The notes beneath the pieces were generated by a model. That model was not told the DNA's origin and made no database searches. It saw only the letters and a list, made by a program, of their open reading frames with translations. The position numbers and the translations under genes are program-made. This document shows positions 24,076 to 35,669 of a stretch of 64,000 bases of DNA, piece by piece (the first letter of the stretch is position 1; the number at the start of each line of letters is the position of its first letter). This DNA comes from Balanoglossus misakiensis. Taxonomy: Eukaryota; Animalia; Hemichordata. Location: NCBI GenBank assembly GCA_040954595.2, contig CM082576.2, forward strand, positions 15,981,028-16,045,027, given 5' to 3'.

Positions 24076-25721
24076 ACCTGTCATATGACAGAACTCCATG
24101 ACCTCTGCGCACAATCTGATGCAGTGTGTATTCTGTTGCAGTACTCTCACTAGCTATGCTCCTGAAAGTACAGCAGAACACCCTGCATCACATGTGAAAA
24201 CAACTTCCGTACAGCACAGATTGTGCGCAGAGGTCATGGAGTTCTGTTATTGCTGCATATATTTCCTCGTCTTTGGTGGAAATTTAAGTTCCATCATTCA
24301 AATAGCCATGTAGTTTTGCAGTTAAATGTTTATTGTTATTTAATAGTTCATTTTCTTGGTTTGTTAAATTGTTGTACATTTTATTAAATTTCATTAAAAT
24401 AATAAACATTTTGAACCTTTTAATGATAATGCGTCTATGCATATGTCAAAAATTCATGCACACACACATTCACATTATATATCAGAGTATGTTATACAAT
24501 TTAGCAAAGACAATATTGACACAAAAGGGGGGAAAGCTGACAATAAAATAAATTATACACACATATTTAGGTGATGTAATGAAGCCCTTGCACTGTTTAC
24601 TCATGACACACTTTGTATCATACAGCAATGTTCCCGGTATAGTACATATAACTGTTACACTCGTGCTACACACATGCTACACCAATGCACCAGCAGGGCT
24701 GTAGCAGGCATGCTGGCACAGTAATGTAACAGCCTTGCTGCTATAATGTTTCTAGTGTGCTACATGCCTGCAGCATAATTGCTGCATGCGTGTAGCACAC
24801 ATGCTCTGACACGCATGTAGCAGTACTGCTACATTACATATGTAACACTACTGAGATTACTGACAAGTAACAGGCATGTTACATTGCTGCTACTCGTCAG
24901 TTATGCAGCATGGCTGCAGACTTTTAGCTGTGTAGTTAGCTGTATTAAGATGGAGAGAGAAAGAGAAAAGAGAGGCAAAGAGAGAGAGAGGGGGGACAGT
25001 GAAAGTGTCATACGTTCAGCGAAACTGGCTTGTCTCACATTGATACTACTATAGTATTAAAAGATGTCTTATTAAGAGAGGCCGACCATTAAAAACATCT
25101 CTTTAAAAATCTTAATAATCTTTGACATGTCCACGTTAAAATAGGTATGTTACCCGTAGGATAACCTGTATATATACATGTATTTCAAAAACTCACGACT
25201 TTGCTCTGTAGTAAAAGAACAATATACATTCTCAAATTTTCTCACATGAAGATATATCTAGATACAGGTTAGGAAACGGCGTTTTGTTATAAAGCACTCT
25301 CACGAATATTTGTATGTGTTTGTTTGCATAATTTAGACGGCGTCGCTTGTTCACTAAATATTCTATCTTTAACTTCTTCTTGTCGTAAGTCTTCTTATTC
25401 CCCACTTCACTATTCCTGTCTGGTGTCTTTTCATTTGACTGAAGGTGAAAAGGTGAAAAACGACGTTGTTAATGCACATGACACACATACAGTAAATAAT
25501 AAGGTGTAAATATAAATATGTGAACAGCGTCAACAACGTTATTATGTTCAAATACTAGTATCTGATGATGCGGACAAACAACTTTGCTCACTGGACGATG
25601 CTCACATGATGGTCATGGTAATTATCTGATCACATGCTTTGTTTATCAACGTACACCCAGGTATTTCAGGCTATAACTATGGCGAAAACTGTGTGTAATG
25701 CTATCATTTTTTAATGGTTTT

Positions 25722-28700
25722 CCGAAGGTCAAAGGTCATATGTGGTCACCTAAAATTTGGGCAAAAAATTCTGACCCCATACTAGTCCAGGTCCAACAAA
25801 AACAAGACCTCTAGCCCTATTGGTTCGCCTAGAATTAGATATGCACATAATTAATGAGGTAAAGTATAAGGCTCCATTAAGAGTTCCATGCCTCCAAATG
25901 CCAAGGCTGTATCTGCATGGGTTGCCGAGATACAGTAAAGTAGGTCAAAGGTCACCTGAGGTCACCCAAAATTGGGCAAGAAATTTTAACCCCATACTGG
26001 TCCATGTTCAACAAAAATCAAACCTCTAGCCCTATTGGCTAGCCTGGAATTAGGTATGCACATAATTAATGAGATAAGCAGGTGTCACAGGTGACCCCCA
26101 ATTTTCTCTTTTCAATTTTAGTCACAACCCTCCAAACGCCAAGTCTGTACCTGCTGTGGATGCCGAGATATAGGAAAGTAGGTCAAAGGTCACCTGAGGT
26201 CACCCAAAATTTGGGCAAAAATTGTTGATCCCATACTGGTCCATGTCCCACAAGAACAAAACCTCTAGCCCTAATAGTTAGCCCGGAATTAGGTATGCAC
26301 ATAATTAATGAGTTAAGCAGGTGTTACAGGTGAGCCCAAAATGTTGTCTTTTATTTTGGTCCCATTCAGCTCACGGGCCACTAGACTGTCACTGTACAGG
26401 ACAATTGCACAGACGTGGACATAGCGTCATAGCTTAACTATAGAAAGTATAGGCCTATGGCTGGGTCCACAGATATGACAAATAATATTTAATAATCTTC
26501 TTCTCAAAATAGACTTGGCCCACGGCCTTGACATTTGGCATGTAGGACACTGACCACATGGTCCGCAAAAATTGCTAAAAAAATTTGATATCTCCATTCA
26601 TATGCAAATTAGGCCCATTTGAAAACTTTGCCCATATATGGTCATCAGGTCACATGACTTATTAAACATTCACGAGGGTACAGCACCAGCTCTCATAGGC
26701 CTGCACCACTGTGCCAAGTTTGAGATTTGTAGGTTCAGCCGTTTTCAAGATCTACCTGAGCAAAAAAACTACACAAGAAAAAAAAAATATATATAGCTGC
26801 AAGCAGCGATGACGGGCACAAGCTTAAGCCGAAGGTCAAAGGTCATATGTGGTCACCCAAAAATTGGGCAAAAAGTTTTGACCCCCATACTAGTCCAGGT
26901 CCAACAGAAACCAGACCTCTATCCCTATTGGTTTGTCTGAAATTAGATATGCACATAATTAATGATGTAAAGTGTAAGACTCTATCAATAGTTCGATCCA
27001 TCCAAACACATATGCTGTACCTGTTCTGGATGCCGAGATATAGGAAAGTAGGTCAAAGATCACCTGAGGCCATCCAAAAGTTGGGCAAAAAATTTTGACC
27101 CCATACCAGTCCAGGTCCAACAAAAATCAGGCCTCTAACCCTATTGGTTCGCCTAGAATTAGATATGCACATAATTAATGAGGTAAAGTATAAGGCTTCA
27201 TTAGGAGTTCCTTGCCTCCAAATGCCAAGGCTGTATCTGCGCTGGTTGCCGAGATATGGTAAAGTAGGTCAAAGGTCACCTGAGGTCACCCAAAATTGGG
27301 CAAAAAATGTTAACCCCATACTGGTCTATATTCAACAAAAATCAAACCTCTAGCCCTATTGGCTAGCCTGGAATTAGGTATGCACATAATTAATGAGATA
27401 AGCAGGTGTCACAGGTGACCCCCAATTTTGTCTTTTAAATTTTAGTCACAACCCTCCAAACGCCAAGTCTGTACCTGCTCTGGATGCCAAGATATAGGAA
27501 AGTAGGTCAAAGGTCATAGCTTAACTATAGAAAGTATAGGCCTATGGCTGGGTCCAAAAATATGAAAAATAAAAAAATCTTCTTCTCAAAATAGACTTGG
27601 CCCACGGCCTTGACATTTGGCATGTAGGACACTGACCACATGGTCCGCAAAAATCGCTAAAAGAATTTTGATATCTCCATTCATATGCAAATTAGGCCCA
27701 TTTGAAAACTTTGCCCATATATGGTCATCAGGTCACATGACTTATTAAACATTCACGAGGGTACTGCACCAGCTCCCATAGGCCTGCACCACTGTGCCAA
27801 GTTTGAGATTTGTAGGTTCAGCCGTTTTCAAGATCTACCTGAGCAAAAAAACTACACAAGAAAAAAAAAAAAAAATATAGCTGCAAGCAGCAATAGCGGG
27901 CCCAAGCGAACATAGCACATAGCAACATAGCAATAAGCATATCTGCTCAGGATGCCACGATATGGTAAAGTAGGTCAAAGGTCACCTGAGTTCATGCAAA
28001 ATTTGGGCAAGAAATTTTGACCCTATACTGGTACATGTTCAACAAAAACCAAACCTATAGCCCTATTATTTAGCCTGGAATTAGGTATGCACATAATCAA
28101 TGAGGTAGGCAGGTATCACAGGTGACCCCCAATTTTGCCTTTTCAATTTTAGTCCCAACCCTCCAAACGCCAAGTCTGTACCTGCTCTGGATGCCAAGAT
28201 ATGGTCAAGTAGGTCAAAGGTCACCTGAGGTCATACAAAATTGTGGCAAGAAATTTTGACTCTATACTGGTCTGTGTTCAACAAAAAGCAAACCTATAGC
28301 CCTATTGGTTAGCCAGGAATTAGGTATGCACATATTTAATGAGATATGCAGGTGTCACAGGTGACCCCCATTTTGGCTTTTCAGTTTTAGTCCCAACCCT
28401 CCAAACGCCAAGTCTGTACCTGCTCTGGATGCCGAGATATAGGAAAGTAGGTCAAAGGTCACCTGAGGTCACCCAAAATGTGGGCAAAATTTTTTGACCC
28501 TATACTGGGCCATGTCCCACAAGAACGAAACCTCTAGCCCTCTTAGTTAGCCCAGAATTAGGTATGTACATAATTAATGAGTTAAGCAGGTGTTACAGGT
28601 GAGCTTAAAATTTTGCCTTTTATTTTGGTGCCATTATGCTCACTGACCTATAGACAGTCACTGTACAGGACTATTACACAGACTAGAATTCCACAATAAG

Positions 28701-29537
28701 ATGTGGACATAGCTTAACCATAGAGGTATAAGTAAAGGTATAAATTTAATAAAAAAATTAATATAAAAAAATCTATCGATTTTTCATATTATTTTTTTTC
28801 GCATAAAATTATTGACAAATGCTAGGCTAGCTGCACACCAAAGTTGGAGATGATCGGCCGAACAGATTTTGAGATATGTATGCATATTTATCGAAAATAA
28901 TATGTGGTCATAGCTTTACTATGTAAAGTATAGGCCCATGGCTTCGGCGAAAAATATGAAAAATAATACTTAAAAATCTTCTTCTCAAAATTGATATGGC
29001 CTATGGCCTTGACATTTGGCATGTAGGACACTGACCACATGGTCCGCGAAAATCGCTAAAAGAATTTAGATATCTCCATTAATATGCAAATTAGGCCCTT
29101 TTGAAAACTTTGCCCATATATGGTCATCAGGTCACGTGACTAATTAAACATTCACAAGGGTACTGCACTAGCTCTCATTGGCCTGCACCATTGTGCCAAG
29201 TTTGAAATCTGTAGGTTTAGAGAAGAAGAAGAAGTAGAAGAAAAACCAGGATAATAACAATAGGGCCCAAGCGCTGCATGCGCTTGGGCCCTAAAAAAAC
29301 AGGATAATAACAATAGGGCCCAAGCGCTGCATGCGCTTGGGCCCTAAAAAGATGAAAAACCCCAGTAACACCAATAGGGCACAAGCCTGCTTGGCTTGTG
29401 CCCTAAAAAAAAAGATGAAAAACCCCAGTAATACCAATAGGGCACAAGCCTGCTTGGCTTGTGCCCTAAATAATAATAATAAAGAAAAATTCCAACAATA
29501 CCAATAGGGGCACAAGCCCGATAGGCTTGTGCCCCTA
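25722..29537 (+). mobile_element. Cluster of nested Helentron-associated (HINE/DINE-1-like) non-autonomous elements with ~238-bp internal tandem repeats
   Basis: The unit GGTCAAAGGTCACCTGAGGTCA..TATGCACATAATTAATGAG recurs (for example at 25943 and 26181). 5' heads ATATAGCTGCAAGCAGC..GGGC(A/C)CAAGC at 26791 and 27875. The bodies share the 3' segment TGTGCCAAGTTTGA. Terminal hairpins at 29261-29537. Confidence 0.7.
29261..29537 (+). repeat. Stack of five GC-rich hairpins (Helitron/Helentron-type 3' termini); repeated at 33487, 37713 and 41939
   Basis: TAGGGCCCAAGCG-ctgcatg-CGCTTGGGCCCTA x2, TAGGGCACAAGCC-tgctt-GGCTTGTGCCCTA x2 and TAGGGGCACAAGCC-cgata-GGCTTGTGCCCCTA x1, separated by A-rich linkers. 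Confidence 0.9.
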
Positions 29538-30039
29538 AATACCCGAAAGTCGATGTACGTCAATAACAGGCCGATAACATCCAAGAGCGAACTTCGACAA
29601 ATACTTCCGCATTTCCATGCCAGGGACGTCACTATATGCAAATACAGGGTCTGAGCATGCGCAGACATATTGTAGGCAGTCTCTAAATTTGGAGGTTTGT
29701 CCTACTGTTCAAACGTTGAACAAGAAAATTCCAGTCACTGTGGTAGTTCATGTTAAATAGTTAATTTGTGACCGATAATAAACTGAGTATACAGACGCCA
29801 TGGAAAGAAATGGAAGTTGAACTTCCACATTGTCCACCCGCATGACAAAGTATAGCTCTGTGTACATAACAGGTCTGTGTGTTCCCGGCGTTACACCGTG
29901 TAACGCCGGGAACACACAGACCTGTACGCAGGGTTAGACAACGCTGAACTCAAAACAATCAACATTACTGAACTTTAAATCGTATCATGACTGCCGATGT
30001 TTCAGATTATTCATCTACTATTATATAGCCAGTTTCCGT

Positions 30040-30351
30040 CAAATATTTTGCTGTACATGTATCTTGGGGCAAGTGATTTCCCTGACGGCATCATATACAG
30101 CGACAGACAGGTTGGCATGAAGGAGTCTTTCACTTTACTGACAGTGTTCGACGGGGTTCAGATAGAGAGAATATGCCTCGGTCATCCAACTTGAACTTTT
30201 TGCTGACAGATGCTAAAGTACCCCATGGAATATATCCTGTATTTTTGTCGGCTCCATTTTCTTCAAGTTCAGACAAAAAAAGTGTTCGCAGATCTCTACT
30301 CAACGAATGTCCACGTTGAAATTGCCTACCTTTGATTGATGTATGAAACAT
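30040..30351 (-). pseudogene. Internally deleted Tc1/mariner transposase (N-terminal HTH/paired-like region fused to the C-terminus)
   Basis: MFHTSIKGRQFQRGHSLSRDLRTLFLSELEENGADKNTGYIPWGTLASVSKKFKL joins directly, in another frame, to AYSLYLNPVEHC..LLHANLSVAVYDAVREITC. Confidence 0.65.
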
Positions 30352-30643
30352 TTTGGCGCTCTCACTCATCAGAATCGTTGACTGCAATCATGGACATGCT
30401 GCAATGGAAGAAACCAAACCAGCAGAGAGAGCCATACCCATCGTTTTTCTTTCATTGAAACGTTCAATATTACGCGAGTAATCATGGTCGCCTATTATTT
30501 GGTGAATTTTTGGAAAATATTGACTAGTTCTCCAAATTTTGCAAACTCTTCCGACAAGATGAGTAAGAAATGCAAGTGTGAGAATGTACGTTGAAACTTG
30601 AAAGTTGGCCGCGACGTAAACAGTACCTGCAATTTCCCGCAAA

Positions 30644-30892
30644 ATGAACACACCCAGAGCAAGTTCGGTTGATGTTGAAGACTTTCTTTGAAATATTGAT
30701 CCAATGCTTGAACAATTTGCCAGTGATTTTCGTCGGTTGGATTTTGTGAACACAACTCATATGAAATTTCTGAAACCAAGAGATCTGGAGAAGTTCACGT
30801 GCAAAGTTAGTGATGTTCACCGGAGAATGTTGCTGAACGCCGTTGCAAAACTACAAACACCCAGTTCAAAACTGGGTTTGCGGGATGAATAA
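30644..30892 (+). pseudogene. SAM-domain-like ORF fragment (putative second gene of the DD37E element)
   Basis: MNTPRASSVDVEDFL*NIDPMLEQFASDFRRLDFVNTTHMKFLKPRDLEKFTCKVSDVHRRMLLNAVAKLQTP. The pattern V..FL..I...L.QF...F....F.....M..L...DL.......HR..LL.A...L fits a SAM domain. Internal TGA at 30689. Confidence 0.55.
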
Positions 30893-30916
30893 AGCCCAAA
30901 GGCGCACGAAGGACTT

Positions 30917-31225
30917 TAAGAAACAAGGTGACATCGTGATTGCTGACAATGCTCCGATACATCACCACGAAGGCGAACTGATTCTCTCAAACTGGTTGGA
31001 AACTCTTGGAATGGAATACACTTTCACTCCGGCATATTCTCCCGATCTGAACCCCGTCGAATACTGTTTCGGTAAAGTGAAAAAACTCTTGAAAGCTGAA
31101 CGATTTCGCGGTCTCCTTCATGCCAAACTGTCTGTCGCTGTATATGATGACGTCAGGGAAATCACTTGCTAAGATACAGCAAAATATTTGACGGAAACAC
31201 TGGCTATATAATAGTAGATGAATAA
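30917..31225 (+). pseudogene. Tc1/mariner transposase C-terminal catalytic fragment (DD37E)
   Basis: GDIVIADNAPIHH..LGMEYTFTPAYSPDLNPVEYCFGKVKKLLK, with 37 residues between the D of DNA and the E of NPVE. Premature TAA at 31170. Confidence 0.9.
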
Positions 31226-33933
31226 TCTGAAACACCGGCAGTCATGATACGATTTAAAGTTCAGTCATGTTGATTGTTTTGAGTTCAGCGTTTGGAAAGC
31301 GTTGTACTTTGTCATGCGGGTGGACAATGTGGAAGGTCAACTTCCATTTCATTTCATGGCGTCGGTATACTCAGTTTATTATCGGTCACAACTCAACTGT
31401 TTAACATGAACTACCACTGGAATTTTCTTGTTCGACGTTTGAAGGTTTATTTAAAAAAAGCATGAAAGTTTAAAAACAAATTGCGTGCGAAGTCTGATTG
31501 TGTGTACGTGACTGTGCAGTGAAGCAATGCATTGTAGAGACAATATGTGTACGCTCCCTTTGGAATTCAACTTGCTACAATGTTTGACTTCTGTACTGGC
31601 CAGCGATAAAGAAAGTTGTCAAACCAAGAAATCAAAACCGGACACTCAATTAATTTTCCCTGTATGTCGGTATCGAAGTTTGACCTATGTGTTGTTCATA
31701 CATGCTTGCTTGGTAATACATACGTGTCAACGATTCTGCTGAGTATGGCAGTTAATAGTGGTTGGCTGAACTGGGGTTCGGGGAGGTTGAGTTTCAACGA
31801 ATGGCGTTGCTGACAGTTTTCATGCAAGCTGATTAACCGAGTTCGCAATTTCTGGCAAATCTCCAGACTGATAACACAATATAAACAGGGGCTTGATCCT
31901 CAGCGCTGTTTTTATTTGACGACTTTAGTTTCTGAAGAATGCCTCCTATGAGGACCCTGACCTCTATACTGACATTATTGATTTTTTTATCGACGGGCAG
32001 ATTGCGCACAGGAAAAACACAACAAAATGTCCAACCTTCCCTGGCCATGTAAACATGAAATAATACAATCAATACACCTGATCTTGTGCTGTTTTATACG
32101 CGCCCAGTAACAACCTCAACACCAGTCACAATTCGCTTCCTCGAAACACAATGTCTCCTTGCAGTTTTTTTACTGATCAGTTATCTAATGTACTAGTCAA
32201 GAAAAAGGTCACCTGAGGTCATACAAAATTGTGGCAAGAAATTTTGACTCTATACTGGTCCATGTTCAACAAAAACCAAACCTATAGCCCTATTGGTTAG
32301 CCTGGAATTAGGTATGCACATAATTAATGAGATATGCAGGTGTCACAGGTGACCCCCATTTTGGCTTTTCAATTTTAGTCCCAACCCTCCAAACGCCAAG
32401 TCTGTACCTGCTCTGGATGCCAAGATATGGTAAAGTAGGTCAAAGGTCACCTGAGGTCATACAAAATTTGGGCGAGAAATTTTGACCCTATACTGGTCCA
32501 TGTTCAACAAAAAGCAAACCTATAGCCCTATTGGTTAGCCAGGAATTAGGTATGCACATATTTAATGAGATATGCAGGTGTCACAGGTGACCCCCATTTT
32601 GGCTTTTCAGTTTTAGTCCCAACCCTCCAAACGCCAAGTCTGTACCTGCTCTGGATGCCGAGATATAGGAAAGTAGGTCAAAGGTCACCTGAGGTCACCC
32701 AAAATGTGGGCAAAATTTTTTGACCCTATACTGGGCCATGTCCCACAAGAACGAAACCTCTAGCCCTCTTAGTTAGCCCAGAATTAGGTATGTACATAAT
32801 TAATGAGTTAAGCAGGTGTTACAGGTGAGCTTAAAATTTTGCCTTTTATTTTGGTGCCATTATGCTCACTGACCTATAGACAGTCACTGTACAGGACTAT
32901 TACACAGACTAGAATTCCACAATAAGATGTGGACATAGCTTAACCATAGAGGTATAAGTAAAGGTATAAATTTAATAAAAAAATTAATATAAAAAAATCT
33001 ATCGATTTTTCATATTATTTTTTTTCGCATAAAATTATTGACAAATGCTAGGCTAGCTGCACACCAAAGTTGGAGATGATCGGCCGAACAGATTTTGAGA
33101 TATGTATGCATATTTATCGAAAATAATATGTGGTCATAGCTTTACTATGTAAAGTATAGGCCCATGGCTTCGGCGAAAAATATGAAAAATAATACTTAAA
33201 AATCTTCTTCTCAAAATTGACATGGCCTATGGCCTTGACATTTGGCATGTAGGACACTGACCACATGGTCCGCGAAAATCGCTAAAAGAATTTAGATATC
33301 TCCATTAATATGCAAATTAGGCCCTTTTGAAAACTTTGCCCATATATGGTCATCAGGTCACGTGACTAATTAAACATTCACAAGGGTACTGCACTAGCTC
33401 TCATTGGCCTGCACCATTGTGCCAAGTTTGAAATCTGTAGGTTTAGAGAAGAAGAAGAAGTAGAAGAAAAACCAGGATAATAACAATAGGGCCCAAGCGC
33501 TGCATGCGCTTGGGCCCTAAAAAACCAGGATAATAACAATAGGGCCCAAGCGCTGCATGCGCTTGGGCCCTAAAAAGATGAAAAACCCCAGTAACACCAA
33601 TAGGGCACAAGCCTGCTTGGCTTGTGCCCTAAAAAAAAAGATGAAAAACCCCAGTAATACCAATAGGGCACAAGCCTGCTTGGCTTGTGCCCTAAATAAT
33701 AATAATAAAGAAAAATTCCAACAATACCAATAGGGGCACAAGCCCGATAGGCTTGTGCCCCTAAATACCCGAAAGTCGATGTACGTCAATAACAGGCCGA
33801 TAACATCCAAGAGCGAACTTCGACAAATACTTCCGCATTTCCATGCCAGGGACGTCACTATATGCAAATACAGGGTCTGAGCATGCGCAGACATATTGTA
33901 GGCAGTCTCTAAATTTGGAGGTTTGTCCTACTG

Positions 33934-35669
33934 TTCAAACGTTGAACAAGAAAATTCCAGTCACTGTGGTAGTTCATGTTAAATAGTTAATTTGTGACCG
34001 ATAATAAACTGAGTATACAGACGCCATGGAAAGAAATGGAAGTTGAACTTCCACATTGTCCACCCGCATGACAAAGTATAGCTCTGTGTACATAACAGGT
34101 CTGTGTGTTCCCGGCGTTACACCGTGTAACGCCGGGAACACACAGACCTGTACGCAGGGTTAGACAACGCTGAACTCAAAACAATCAACATTACTGAACT
34201 TTAAATCGTATCATGACTGCCGATGTTTCAGATTATTCATCTACTATTATATAGCCAGTTTCCGTCAAATATTTTGCTGTACATGTATCTTGGGGCAAGT
34301 GATTTCCCTGACGGCATCATATACAGCGACAGACAGGTTGGCATGAAGGAGTCTTTCACTTTACTGACAGTGTTCGACGGGGTTCAGATAGAGAGAATAT
34401 GCCTCGGTCATCCAACTTGAACTTTTTGCTGACAGATGCTAAAGTACCCCATGGAATATATCCTGTATTTTTGTCGGCTCCATTTTCTTCAAGTTCAGAC
34501 AAAAAAAGTGTTCGCAGATCTCTACTCAACGAATGTCCACGTTGAAATTGCCTACCTTTGATTGATGTATGAAACATTTTGGCGCTCTCACTCATCAGAA
34601 TCGTTGACTGCAATCATGGACATGCTGCAATGGAAGAAACCAAACCAGCAGAGAGAGCCATACCCATCGTTTTTCTTTCATTGAAACGTTCAATATTACG
34701 CGAGTAATCATGGTCGCCTATTATTTGGTGAATTTTTGGAAAATATTGACTAGTTCTCCAAATTTTGCAAACTCTTCCGACAAGATGAGTAAGAAATGCA
34801 AGTGTGAGAATGTACGTTGAAACTTGAAAGTTGGCCGCGACGTAAACAGTACCTGCAATTTCCCGCAAAATGAACACACCCAGAGCAAGTTCGGTTGATG
34901 TTGAAGACTTTCTTTGAAATATTGATCCAATGCTTGAACAATTTGCCAGTGATTTTCGTCGGTTGGATTTTGTGAACACAACTCATATGAAATTTCTGAA
35001 ACCAAGAGATCTGGAGAAGTTCACGTGCAAAGTTAGTGATGTTCACCGGAGAATGTTGCTGAACGCCGTTGCAAAACTACAAACACCCAGTTCAAAACTG
35101 GGTTTGCGGGATGAATAAAGCCCAAAGGCGCACGAAGGACTTTAAGAAACAAGGTGACATCGTGATTGCTGACAATGCTCCGATACATCACCACGAAGGC
35201 GAACTGATTCTCTCAAACTGGTTGGAAACTCTTGGAATGGAATACACTTTCACTCCGGCATATTCTCCCGATCTGAACCCCGTCGAATACTGTTTCGGTA
35301 AAGTGAAAAAACTCTTGAAAGCTGAACGATTTCGCGGTCTCCTTCATGCCAAACTGTCTGTCGCTGTATATGATGACGTCAGGGAAATCACTTGCTAAGA
35401 TACAGCAAAATATTTGACGGAAACACTGGCTATATAATAGTAGATGAATAATCTGAAACACCGGCAGTCATGATACGATTTAAAGTTCAGTCATGTTGAT
35501 TGTTTTGAGTTCAGCGTTTGGAAAGCGTTGTACTTTGTCATGCGGGTGGACAATGTGGAAGGTCAACTTCCATTTCATTTCATGGCGTCGGTATACTCAG
35601 TTTATTATCGGTCACAACTCAACTGTTTAACATGAACTACCACTGGAATTTTCTTGTTCGACGTTTGAA
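33934..35669. mobile_element. DD37E Tc1/mariner foldback derivative, unit 2
   Basis: Copy of 29708-31443 at +4226. Confidence 0.7.

Larger units (their letters stand above)
12186..24932. mobile_element. 12.7-kb CMC/EnSpm (CACTA)-like DNA transposon with two divergent intron-containing genes
   Basis: Left end CACAACCAAAGT. Right end ACTTTTAGCTGTG (reverse complement CACAGCTAAAAGT). TA lies on both sides. Short subterminal motifs (ATGCAGCATG, GTAACA) cluster at 12200-12290 and 24600-24920. The element encloses a transposase gene and an accessory gene. Confidence 0.75.
29708..31443. mobile_element. Rearranged foldback derivative of a DD37E IS630-Tc1-mariner element (L31-like), unit 1
   Basis: Diverged inverted arms at 29708-30177 and 31031-31443 consist of the transposase 3' end and its UTR. 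The centre holds the transposase N-terminus (- strand) and a divergent SAM-like ORF (+ strand). Confidence 0.7.

Noticed and set aside
29261-29537. CRISPR-like array of palindromic repeats with spacers
   Set aside because: The linkers are A-rich and duplicated in pairs rather than unique, the repeats vary, there are no cas genes and the context is eukaryotic. Stacked Helentron-type 3' ends explain it better.
29291-29668. 125-aa hydrophobic ORF repeated four times
   Set aside because: It is an antisense read-through of the hairpin stack and its A-rich linkers, and it repeats only because of the 4226-bp array.
31444-32196. ORFs in the unassigned tail of the 4226-bp unit
   Set aside because: They are short with no domain signal, and identity between copies reflects recent duplication rather than selection.
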